A program made the translations under genes and the position numbers. Below are positions 52,487-61,706 of a stretch of DNA of 64,000 nt, in pieces (the stretch's first letter is position 1; every line of letters begins with the position of its first letter). The stretch is from NCBI GenBank assembly GCA_034520965.1, contig JAXHMY010000003.1, forward strand, positions 640,001 through 704,000, given 5' to 3'. The notes under the pieces are model-generated. The model had not been told where the DNA came from, searched no databases, and saw only the letters and a program-made list of their open reading frames with translations. This stretch comes from Spirochaetia bacterium (lineage in GTDB: Bacteria > Spirochaetota > Spirochaetia > DSM-16054 > Sediminispirochaetaceae).

Positions 52487-53329
52487 TTATTTTACCGCGC
52501 CGTTTGTGAGTCCACGTACTACATAACGTTGAAAAACTAGGACAGCTACAACAATAGGAATAAGAGAAATAATTGTTCCAGCCGAAACCCATGTCCACTG
52601 TAATTGAAAGGCCTGACTCATATTCAAAATCGCAACTGGTACGGTCTCAACCGATTTTTTACCAAGTGTAACGGTAAAGGCCAGCATAAATTCTCCCCAA
52701 CAGCCTAAAAATGCCAGCACACCGGCCGAAAAAATCCCGGGAGCGGCAATAGGTAAGACTACATTCCAGACAATACGGGTTGATCCGCAGCCGTCGATTT
52801 TAGCGGCATCTTCCAAATCAAACGGAATATTTGCAAAATAGCTTGCTATTAAAAAGGAAGCTAAAGGAACTGCATACGCCATGTTTGGAAGAATCATAGC
52901 CCAATATGTACGGAGGAGACCAAAATGTCGTAATAACACGAATGTAGGGCCGATAACGACAATTGGTGGTATCATTCCGGCAATTTGAATAAAATAAAGA
53001 GAGTGATACCTAAAACGAAAACGCAATCTAGCTATCGCATAGGCGGAAAAGATTGATAGTATTAGTGTGCCGATTAAAGCTGTACTGGAAACTATAATAC
53101 TGTTGAAGATAGATTGCTGTACTCTGAATTTTTCTCCTAACACAACGCCGTAATTCTCAATCGTAGGATTTTCAGGCCAGTATTCTACAGGTATTTTATA
53201 TTCGGTTCCCTGTGGCTTTACTGAAGTAATGCCAATCCAGACCAATGGTGCCAAACACCAGAATGTGATGAGAACAAACAGTAAGGTAGATAAAATTCTA
53301 TGCCTAATAATTCTATGTTTCTTTTTCAT
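52487..53329 (-). CDS. Carbohydrate ABC permease (MalG-like)
   Basis: IP.DLEDAAKIDG EAA loop; FQRYVVRGLT.GAVK. Confidence 0.92.
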   Translation of the reverse strand: MKKKHRIIRHRILSTLLFVLITFWCLAPLVWIGITSVKPQGTEYKIPVEYWPENPTIENYGVVLGEKFRVQQSIFNSIIVSSTALIGTLILSIFSAYAIARLRFRFRYHSLYFIQIAGMIPPIVVIGPTFVLLRHFGLLRTYWAMILPNMAYAVPLASFLIASYFANIPFDLEDAAKIDGCGSTRIVWNVVLPIAAPGIFSAGVLAFLGCWGEFMLAFTVTLGKKSVETVPVAILNMSQAFQLQWTWVSAGTIISLIPIVVAVLVFQRYVVRGLTNGAVK

Positions 53330-53334
53330 AAAAA

Positions 53335-54228
53335 CTATTCCTTAAAGCTAAAGTTTTTTTTGATCCGGTCTATATAAAAGACCCCTACAATAACAACTAA
53401 GATAAAAGTAACTACCGCATAAGCTGACCCCCTGCCGAACTGAGCGTATTCAAAGTACGTTTTATAGGCAAAAGAACTTAGCGTATCGGTTTTTGTTCCT
53501 GGACCTCCACCTGTGAGCCCATACACAACATCGAATACTCTTAGAGCATCCCTTGATCTATACAAAGTAGCCACTGATAAGGTAGGTAAAACCATAGGAA
53601 GGATAATGTAGAAAAAACGACGAAGAGCTTTAGCACCATCAATTTTTGCAGCTTCTATGACATCGTTGGGAATAAGGGCTAAGCCGCCCATCATAAAGAA
53701 AGCAGCCATACTAGCCCCTTTCCATGAATAGGCTAACACAATACTACCCATAGCTAAGAACTGGTCCACGAGAAAAAGCGGTGGTTCCTGAACTATTCCT
53801 AACCGTACTAGCATATCGCCAATTGGACCAACATCACTATTTAGCATCCATTTCCACATTGATGCCTGGATGACCTTTGGAATCGCCCAAGGAATGATGA
53901 TGATAGCTCTCAGGACACCTCGCATTACAGGCCCCACATAAAAAGTTGATAATGCGAGGGCTGTTCCTATGGAGAGATCTAAAATGACAACTACAGCCGT
54001 AAACCCCAGAGTAAAGCTGAAAGTATACCAGAACTGGCTACTCATCATAACGCGACGATAATTTTCCATTCCAATAAATTCAGAGTTCAACCAATCCGTT
54101 GTTAGATCAAGATCGAAAACACTATAAATAAAAGTCTGTATTATTGGGTAATAGTTGAAAACGGTCAAAAAAAACAGAGCCGGTACGATAAAAAGTATTG
54201 CAACCCGTGTATCATCTTTCGAAGCCAC
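53335..54228 (-). CDS. Carbohydrate ABC permease (MalF-like)
   Basis: FIG.ENY, PWAIP, EAAKIDGA, LTGGGPG; GTG start after GAGGAGG. Confidence 0.92.
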   Translation of the reverse strand: MASKDDTRVAILFIVPALFFLTVFNYYPIIQTFIYSVFDLDLTTDWLNSEFIGMENYRRVMMSSQFWYTFSFTLGFTAVVVILDLSIGTALALSTFYVGPVMRGVLRAIIIIPWAIPKVIQASMWKWMLNSDVGPIGDMLVRLGIVQEPPLFLVDQFLAMGSIVLAYSWKGASMAAFFMMGGLALIPNDVIEAAKIDGAKALRRFFYIILPMVLPTLSVATLYRSRDALRVFDVVYGLTGGGPGTKTDTLSSFAYKTYFEYAQFGRGSAYAVVTFILVVIVGVFYIDRIKKNFSFKE

Positions 54229-54306
54229 TTGTTCCTCCTCTTAAAAAATGCGTCATGTTTTTCTATCCATAATTGCAAGACTCATGACGCTGCACAACCT
54301 GGTATT

Positions 54307-54346
54307 ACTATACAATCAGTACATCTATGCATCTTGTTCTTAATTG
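54307..54346 (-). promoter_or_regulatory. Activator-dependent promoter, copy 1 (CAATYAAGAACAAGATG-N17-TATAGT)
   Basis: Same motif and spacing as 58372-58411. Confidence 0.7.
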
Positions 54347-54555
54347 ATGAAGTTATTGTACTACAGTGATATTTGAGAATAATCTTAATTCCATGTTTTT
54401 ATTCAGTTCCGATAGTTTTTAAACCTCTATTTTATTCTGCCTGCACATGAGCCCAATATCATTCTCAAATCCAGTCAAAACATAAAAAATACGTGCTGAA
54501 AGTAAGCATTACTCTTATACTTGATTATTAGAATCTTTGTGTTACAATGATATCG

Positions 54556-55419
54556 ATGAAAATTGAGCACATACCTACAATATTTTCCGACAACAATTCA
54601 ATAGACCCTGAGACAGATTTCCACTACGAGTTTATCCAAAAAATGCCTACTTATCTTTCATTTCACAATCACGATTTTTTTGAGGTAGTTCTGGTAACAA
54701 AAGGCAAAATGAATCATTTAATAAAACAGGAAATCCAACTGCTGCATGAAGGAATGCTACTCTTAATACGACCCGAGGACTACCATTACTACGAAAAAGT
54801 TGATGAAAACCCCTGCAATTTCATAAACCTTGCGTTCTCTGCCGAGATTTTCAGGTCGCTTATCTCCTACCTCGGAGAAAATATTGATATAGATTATTTT
54901 CTGGGTCCCCATATGCCATTGACCACTTTATTAACAAAAAAACATACCGAATTTCTACGTGAGCGAATTGATAAACTTAACACTTATTTTAACAAAGTCG
55001 AAATAAAAGCGGAATTCAGAGCGATCATGGCTGATATTCTTACCTGTCTTTTACATAGACAATTTATTGATGTGAAAAAAAATTATCCCTCCTGGATGAA
55101 CGTGTTTCTCACCAACTTACATAAAAAAGAATATTTTACAAAAGATATCTCTCAGTTATATAAAACCGTTCATAAAAGTAGAGCACATATATCCAGGGTA
55201 TTTAAAAATAATATTGGTAAAACTCCTACTGAATACTTGAATGAAATTCGTCTAAACTATGCCGCCCGCTCGCTTATACATTCCAATAATCCCGTTCTTG
55301 ATATAGCTTTTGAATCGGGTTTTGAAAATTTAAGCCACTTTTACCACCTTTTTAAGAAAAAATATGGGGTACCACCAAATAAATACAGAAAAGTATACCA
55401 GCAAATTCTCATTCAATGA
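54556..55419 (+). CDS. AraC-family regulator with cupin domain (ChbR-like)
   Basis: H.HDFFE, IRP.D.H, SR.FK, GF.NLSHFY.LFKK.YG..P..YR. ATG 54556 lies 7 nt after TGnTACAAT. Confidence 0.93.
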   Translation: MKIEHIPTIFSDNNSIDPETDFHYEFIQKMPTYLSFHNHDFFEVVLVTKGKMNHLIKQEIQLLHEGMLLLIRPEDYHYYEKVDENPCNFINLAFSAEIFRSLISYLGENIDIDYFLGPHMPLTTLLTKKHTEFLRERIDKLNTYFNKVEIKAEFRAIMADILTCLLHRQFIDVKKNYPSWMNVFLTNLHKKEYFTKDISQLYKTVHKSRAHISRVFKNNIGKTPTEYLNEIRLNYAARSLIHSNNPVLDIAFESGFENLSHFYHLFKKKYGVPPNKYRKVYQQILIQ

Positions 55420-55455
55420 TTACATTACTGCTGTATAAAATCATTTTTATGTGGG

Positions 55456-56936
55456 TTAGTTATTCCTCTCTTCAGTAAACCGTTTTGTATAATACTCTTT
55501 AACTGTTTTTCTCAACTCAGGATCTCGGGGACGGGCGTTAGATGCGTGGCAAATTGGAGCGTCTTCATCCAAATATATATGAACCTCAGGCTCATGCCCC
55601 CCTTGCCATTCAACAAGAGCATTCGTCATTGCCTGGCATATATCATCGTTGGATGAATCTGCTGCTATGTCTTCAAACTCATTAGGGTCTTTCTTTAAAT
55701 CAAAGAGCAATCTCTGCCCATTTATATTGTTACGTAAAAGCTTATATTCTTCTGACCTGACCATGCCCCATTTCCCCTCCTCAGCATGGGCAAACACGTA
55801 AGTACAGGGAGTTTTTAGGTATAATTGCCTAATTCTGGATTCTCCGGCAAATGAAGGCTCTTTATTATAGTTGCGGGAATTTCAGTGTTCGTCGAAAGGG
55901 TATTGTTTTTTGTTCCGAAATTGCTGTTCTCTGGATACTTGATAACTAGAGGAATCCGCATAATAGGATCATACATATGGTTTCCCTTCAGAAGCATATG
56001 ATGAAAACCCATATATTCACCGTGGTCAGAGGTATATATTATCATAGTCTGGTCATACAGACCCTTTTGTTTCAACGCTTGTATCATCTTCCCTACATAG
56101 AAATCGATTTGCGATATACTTGCATAATAGTAAGCCATTACTTTCCTGAGTTTCTCCGGCGTTAACCCTTCATAATTAAAGTGGCCCTTCGCATGACTAA
56201 GATCCCTCGGTAAAAACGATTCTGTCCATCCCGGTAAAATACTTAGTTTCTTTTCCGAGTAAGCATCGATCCACTCCTGTGGAGGATCGAAAGGGTGGTG
56301 TGGTTGGACAAAACCTACCATGAGAAAATTTTGGTCATCCTCCCAGGTATCTATCGCTTCCACAGCTTGCCTTCCAATCCAGCCCGTGGAAGTATCCTTC
56401 TCATCGAGATTGCTTGATAAAGCACCAAAACTTTCCCAATACTCCTCTGGAGCGTGCTGCCTGAAGTCCGGATGTTGATCCATGAGATCAAGTAAATCGA
56501 TTTTATTTTTTGACATCAGATACCGATGATAATCATCATCCCAACGACCAGGACCCAGCTGCTCACAAAGTTTCATGTTCTGAAAACCGACATCGAGATA
56601 TGTGGGAGTAAAGTGCATTTTACCACAAGCAGAGGTCTTATAACCCAATTTGTTTAATTCTCTGGGAAGAGTATGAATATCCGGCCGCAACGTGCTGTGA
56701 TTCGTCCACCCTTCGTGTTGATGCACATACTTCCCGGAGAGCAGGGAATATCGTGATGGAGTGCATATAGGATAAGGACAAAAATGGTTTCCATACACAA
56801 CACCATCATTGGCAAGACTTTCGATATTCGGTGTCATTACATCTGGATTCCCGTATACTGAACAACAGTCGGCACGGTGCTGATCTGCGTGTATCAGGAG
56901 CACAGAATTTTTCTTTTTTTTAGATGATGAACTCAT
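55456..56936 (-). CDS. Cys-type formylglycine sulfatase (apparent frameshift ~55810)
   Basis: ADQHR, CTPSR.SLLSG, GKMH, PHHPF, SDHGE, LFDL..DP.E. Confidence 0.88.
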
Positions 56937-56978
56937 ATCATATTCCTCCTCTTTAGAACCTGATTCCTATACGAAATA

Positions 56979-57024
56979 CCGCCGCTGTCCCCAATTTGAG
57001 ACAGCGGCGTGAATCTTCTTTTTA
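56979..57024. terminator. Stem-loop between the binding-protein and sulfatase genes
   Basis: CGCCGCTGTC-loop-GACAGCGGCG. Confidence 0.65.
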
Positions 57025-57039
57025 AACTTGTTTCTAGTT

Positions 57040-58324
57040 CTAATCTAAATTCTTAGCTCGCTGGTTGATGTTTTTCATTGCTTCTTCTGCTGAAACGGTC
57101 CCAGTGATCACACCATGAATTCCTTCCTGTATAACTCCGGATAACTCGGCGTAGTTTTTAGAAGGCGGGCGGTTCTTGACTACATCCAGCACAGGCTCTA
57201 ACTTTTCAATATTATCGTTGTGCTCGATAACTTCTTTGTCTTGATATAGTCCCTTATAGTACTGAACCGGACCCCAAGCTAATGCAAATCCCTTCTGTAC
57301 TGGTTTGCTGGCTATCACTTCCAGTACTTTAAGAGTCTCTTCCGGATGCTTACTGTAGGGACTGGCCGAAAAGGCAAACCCACCTGTAATTGCAACCGAT
57401 TCACCATCTTTTGTGGGAGGGAGAGGAATAAAATCCCAATTACCAACCACTTTAGACTTCTCTGGATCATCTAGTTTAGTTAGATTGCTTTGATTGCCCC
57501 ACATAAAAACCGCTCTGCCTTGGAGAAACGGATTTTCAGTCTCCTGTCGTTCCCAGTTAACCAGAGTCCCGAGGGGAAACTCCCTCTTCAATCAATGTAC
57601 GCATGAACTGTGCGGCGGCAATATTTTTTTCTGAGTCAAAGACATAATTGCCCTGACTATCTTTGTATTTTCCACCAAAGGCATGCAGAAATGTTGCATA
57701 CACTTGCACCAGTTCTTCATAGCGCCCTCCGGGCCACACAAAACCCATTTTATCCGGATGATCTGCCTTTACCTTTTTACTGATTTCTACGATGTCGTTT
57801 AAGGTTTCCTTCTTGCGAAAGCCATACTTTTCCAAAAGGTCGGTCCGATAGAACAACCCAGAAAGTCCTCCCCAGAAAGGTACTCCAAGGCGCTTGCCCT
57901 CGTAGGAAAAGGTATCCAACCCTGCTTGTTCGAAATTCTCTTCCAATTGCGGCAACTTATCGTTTAGCGGGACAGCCCATCCTCCTCGACCAAATTGAGT
58001 AACCCAAGGAGTGTCCAAACCATAGATATCAATAGTTCCGTCCTGACTGGTCATCCATATGGTGAGAGAGCTCAACATATCTGAAGGCATGGTGTAGTAT
58101 TTTAAACTAATCTCCGGGTATTTCTTAGCCAATTCTTCTTGTATCACATCGATCGGTGGGGGTGCATCAGTAAACGAATCTGCTAAAAAAGCATTGTATC
58201 CTAAAGTGACAGTTACTTTTCCATCTGCACCTTTTTCTCCCTCCTGTTGCCCTGCAGAAAAAAGCGGTAGTCCTGCTAAAATGAGCATCAGCATAACTAC
58301 CACCACGTATTTAGTTAGTTTCAT
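57040..58324 (-). CDS. Sugar ABC substrate-binding protein (family 1; apparent frameshift ~57570)
   Basis: AGGAGGAG RBS, FSAGQQE N-terminus, D..W..QF, LFYRTDLL, F.QG.A.F, S.YSKHPE. Confidence 0.88.
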
Positions 58325-58371
58325 GTTCTCCTCCTTTGTTTACGTTATTTGGTATAACGTTATCTTAAGTA

Positions 58372-58411
58372 ACTATAACTCCCATCTGCGGATCCATCTT
58401 GTTCTTGATTG
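58372..58411 (-). promoter_or_regulatory. Activator-dependent promoter, copy 2
   Basis: Plus strand ACTATA-N17-CATCTTGTTCTTGATTG. Confidence 0.7.
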
Positions 58412-58843
58412 CCATGTTTTTTGTGCTCCAGTGACATCGATAAACAAAATTTTTCATTTTTCAGATATAAACGGTCAGTTGATTCTAAAAAAAATTTGCA
58501 CCCGAATAACAATCACCTGAATCTTTTATTCAACCTAATCTATATGCTATCTTCCTCACCATATTTATTTCAACTGATTCTAAAAGAGTTAAATACCAAC
58601 CGATCATTTATTGCATCCGAAATAGAACAGCAGACCAAACTACTTCTCTGAAGTTTTATAAGAAGAAATATGTGCTTCTAAAGGCCGAGGCCACCCGGCC
58701 TCGATCATAGCCAGTAGACGGCCGGAGGCCCATGGGTCGACTTCAAAGCCAATAACCATTCCTATGCACATTTTGAATCTCAAGTTGAAGCAGAAGGCGT
58801 GCCGCCCCTGTATATATAGGTAAACCCGTAGTATAATAGGAGT

Positions 58844-59254
58844 ATGGACATGAAGGATCTGGCCGAAATGCTGGAAGAAGAACTATCCGAGGCGGTGGAG
58901 GTAAAAGACCCCAAATCCCTGCACCGCTACATCTCGCTGCTCACCGGCAACTACGTTGAACAGAACATTCACGAGCGGCAGTATAACGAGCTTACCGGCA
59001 GCATCAAAGAGATCCTGACCTCTATGAAGGAGGGCTTCCGCCGGGTTGACGAACGCTTTGCCGCCCAGGACAACCGCTTCGAAGCCCAGCAGAAACAGAT
59101 GGATGAACGCTTTACCGCACTGCAAAAGCAGATAGATGAACGCTTTTCAGCACAGGAACGCCAATTCGACCGCCAGCACAAACTCATCAGCCTGGGCTTC
59201 ACTGCCATGGTCCTGGTCATCGCCGCTTTTAATCTGACCGTTATCCTGAGCTGA
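58844..59254 (+). CDS. Tail-anchored coiled-coil repeat protein (Bdr/DUF1640-like), short paralog
   Basis: MKEGF..VDERF, two 11-aa repeats, C-terminal TM. Confidence 0.8.
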   Translation: MDMKDLAEMLEEELSEAVEVKDPKSLHRYISLLTGNYVEQNIHERQYNELTGSIKEILTSMKEGFRRVDERFAAQDNRFEAQQKQMDERFTALQKQIDERFSAQERQFDRQHKLISLGFTAMVLVIAAFNLTVILS

Positions 59255-59260
59255 GCACAC

Positions 59261-60085
59261 TCAAGGCTGCAGAATCCCCTCGGTTTTTCCTTCAACGGCA
59301 ATCTCCACCGTCTCGATCTGTTCGAACTGCCTAAGGGTCAGTCGTATCTGCTCTCGTATTGCCTGCACCCTTGCCGATCCGGCGACATTTCTTTCCAGCT
59401 CTGCACTAAAGGACACGTGTGCCCTTCCATCCTGTATCTCGAACTGCTCTATCTCCACCCCTTCGGGAATCGAGCTGTAATAATCATTTTCCCCTTCCTC
59501 CGGCCGAGGCCCCTTCAGAAGAGCCTCCAGGGCGTTTACTTCCAGGCTTCCGGCGGTCGGAATATCCCGGGAAACCGGAACCGCCTCCTCCACTCCATCC
59601 GTCACCCGCATAAAATACAGATTTACCCGTTTGGTTTCCCGCTCCTCCGGCTCCTCTAGAAACTCACCGGCCCTTTCGTCAAACACGCCGTCGGTCACCG
59701 CCCTAACAACCTTCCAGCGGCCGGAGTTCGGATCCCTTTCAACCTGTATTTCGAGCGTATGCGGAGTAATAACCTGGGCAAGAATCTCTCCCTCCCGGTC
59801 TCCATAGCCCGCATGGCGAGACTCAAACTCGAAGCGCATCTCATAGGCGACAGCCCCTTCCCCCTCCCGGTCTTTTCGCTCTACCTCCCGCAGCTCGAGG
59901 CCGGTTCCGTCGTACACAAAGGTCGGCGAGTAATTCCTTATCCACCTCTTCGCGGCCTGTACCGCAGCCTTTCTCTGCACCTCTTTTGCAGGGCTCCTCT
60001 CCCCCAGCAGGAAATACACCCCCGCAGCGGCAAGCGCGAACAGCGCCAATATCAGTAGTATCATCGACCTTTTCATCGGTTTCAT
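59261..60085 (-). CDS. Membrane-anchored GerMN-domain protein
   Basis: N-terminal TM; ALEALLKGP..E....Y.S.IP, V.FS.EL, GSAR...IREQI..TL.QF..I..V.I.VEG, ILQP. Confidence 0.85.
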   Translation of the reverse strand: MKPMKRSMILLILALFALAAAGVYFLLGERSPAKEVQRKAAVQAAKRWIRNYSPTFVYDGTGLELREVERKDREGEGAVAYEMRFEFESRHAGYGDREGEILAQVITPHTLEIQVERDPNSGRWKVVRAVTDGVFDERAGEFLEEPEERETKRVNLYFMRVTDGVEEAVPVSRDIPTAGSLEVNALEALLKGPRPEEGENDYYSSIPEGVEIEQFEIQDGRAHVSFSAELERNVAGSARVQAIREQIRLTLRQFEQIETVEIAVEGKTEGILQP

Positions 60086-60255
60086 TTTACATCACTCCAT
60101 TATCTCATTGTGAGAATAATATTATAATAAAAAATGCTCTATCTGTAGCCGGCCGGAGGACCTGTGAGCCGGCGTGTGAAAAATTTTGAATTAATTTTGA
60201 AGCACACAACTCTCCGGCCCTGTCTATATAAGTATATCCGAGCTATAATAGGGGT

Positions 60256-60951
60256 ATGGACATGAAAGATCTGGCAGAAATCCTGGAACAGGAATTCTCT
60301 GAAGCAGTCGAAGTAAAGAACCCAAAATCTCTGCACCGCTGTTTCGCCCTGCTCACCAACACCTATGTCGAGCAAGAAACTCACGAACGCCGCCACAACG
60401 AACTGAGCAGCAGCATAAAAGAAATGCTGGCCTCAATGAAAGAGGGCTTCCGCCGGGTCGACGAACGCTTCGAGGCCCAACAGAAACAGATGGATGAACG
60501 CTTCGATGCAACCCAGAAACAGATGGATGAGCGCTTTGATGCAACCCAGAAACAGATGGATGAGCGCTTTGATGCAACCCAGAAACAGATGGATGCGCGC
60601 TTCGATGCAACCCAGAAACAGATGGATGCGCGCTTCACCGCACTGCAAAAGCAGATGGAGCTTCGCTTTGATGCTACCCAGACACAGATGCACGAACAGT
60701 TCACTGCTCTGCAGAAGCAAATGGATGCGCGCTTTGATGCTAGCCAAAAACAATCGGATGCGCGATTCACAGCCCAGGAATCACACTTCACCGTGCTGCA
60801 AAAACAAATTGATGAACGGTTTGAAGCAAGCAACCGCCGCTTCGACGATATGAACCAGCGCTTTGACAAACAGCACAAACTCATCAGCCTCGGCTTCACC
60901 GCTATAACCCTGATTATCGCAGCCTTCAATCTGACACTTATACTAAGCTGA
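60256..60951 (+). CDS. Tail-anchored coiled-coil repeat protein, long paralog
   Basis: Closely similar head and tail to 58844-59254; nine consecutive 11-aa repeats. Confidence 0.85.
   Translation: MDMKDLAEILEQEFSEAVEVKNPKSLHRCFALLTNTYVEQETHERRHNELSSSIKEMLASMKEGFRRVDERFEAQQKQMDERFDATQKQMDERFDATQKQMDERFDATQKQMDARFDATQKQMDARFTALQKQMELRFDATQTQMHEQFTALQKQMDARFDASQKQSDARFTAQESHFTVLQKQIDERFEASNRRFDDMNQRFDKQHKLISLGFTAITLIIAAFNLTLILS
60466..60762 (+). repeat. 33-bp coding tandem repeat x9 (RFDATQKQMDE)
   Basis: CGCTTYGATGCAACCCAGAAACAGATGGATGMG units read directly. Confidence 0.93.
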
Positions 60952-61005
60952 GAATCTCCGCGCTGTGTCCCACAACCTTACTTCCCTCTCCAGCAGCCGG
61001 ACCTG

Positions 61006-61587
61006 TTATTCGAAATTGTAGTTCAGTTCCACACCGCCCCCCGCCACAACTCCCGTTGATTGGTTAGCTGTGAACAGTGGGGAAAAAAAGCCTTTTACGC
61101 CGGCGGTAAAATTGGTTTCAGCGAATTTGAGTCCGGCAAATCCGCTGACAAGGGGACCAACCGAAAAAAACGAATCCCCACGATTCTCCTGGGAAGAGTT
61201 GTAATCCGGACCATAATGGAAGATCGTACCAAGCCCGCCGCCGACAACCGGTTGGGTTCCCCCCTCTTCTCCAAAACGGTGCTCATACATCACCGTCGGT
61301 TCGAGCTGCAGTATATCAAATGCAGCGGCAAACATAATCGGCCGAAACAGCGGAAGGTTTACTACCACGGTCCCCCTGTCACTCACGGGCACCCGAATAT
61401 CAAAATACACCTCACCAATCGGACCTCCCGGTACACCCGCCGGCGATCCCACGCACATTCGGACATTATCGTATCGCCCGCCGGCTAGAATACGAATGCC
61501 GAAGGAAACGCCCCGCTGCTCCTGCGCCCACAGTCCGGAGGTTATGAACAAAGTCACACAAAAAAATACAAAGAAAATCCGTTTCAT
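61006..61587 (-). CDS. Hypothetical small outer-membrane beta-barrel protein
   Basis: Signal peptide, Gly/aromatic strands, ends GGGVELNYNFE. Confidence 0.65.
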   Translation of the reverse strand: MKRIFFVFFCVTLFITSGLWAQEQRGVSFGIRILAGGRYDNVRMCVGSPAGVPGGPIGEVYFDIRVPVSDRGTVVVNLPLFRPIMFAAAFDILQLEPTVMYEHRFGEEGGTQPVVGGGLGTIFHYGPDYNSSQENRGDSFFSVGPLVSGFAGLKFAETNFTAGVKGFFSPLFTANQSTGVVAGGGVELNYNFE

Positions 61588-61706
61588 TTTTTTATCCTTT
61601 GCTTAAACATGATATTTCCTTAATTGTAAAAAACTAAACTGCTTTTCGCAATTTTTCACAGCGTGGGCATGGGAGTTCTTGGGAGCGGAAACTGTGGATT
61701 CAGGAA

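Noticed and set aside
60466..60762. CRISPR array from the 33-bp periodicity
   Set aside because: In-frame coding repeats with synonymous variation and no spacers.
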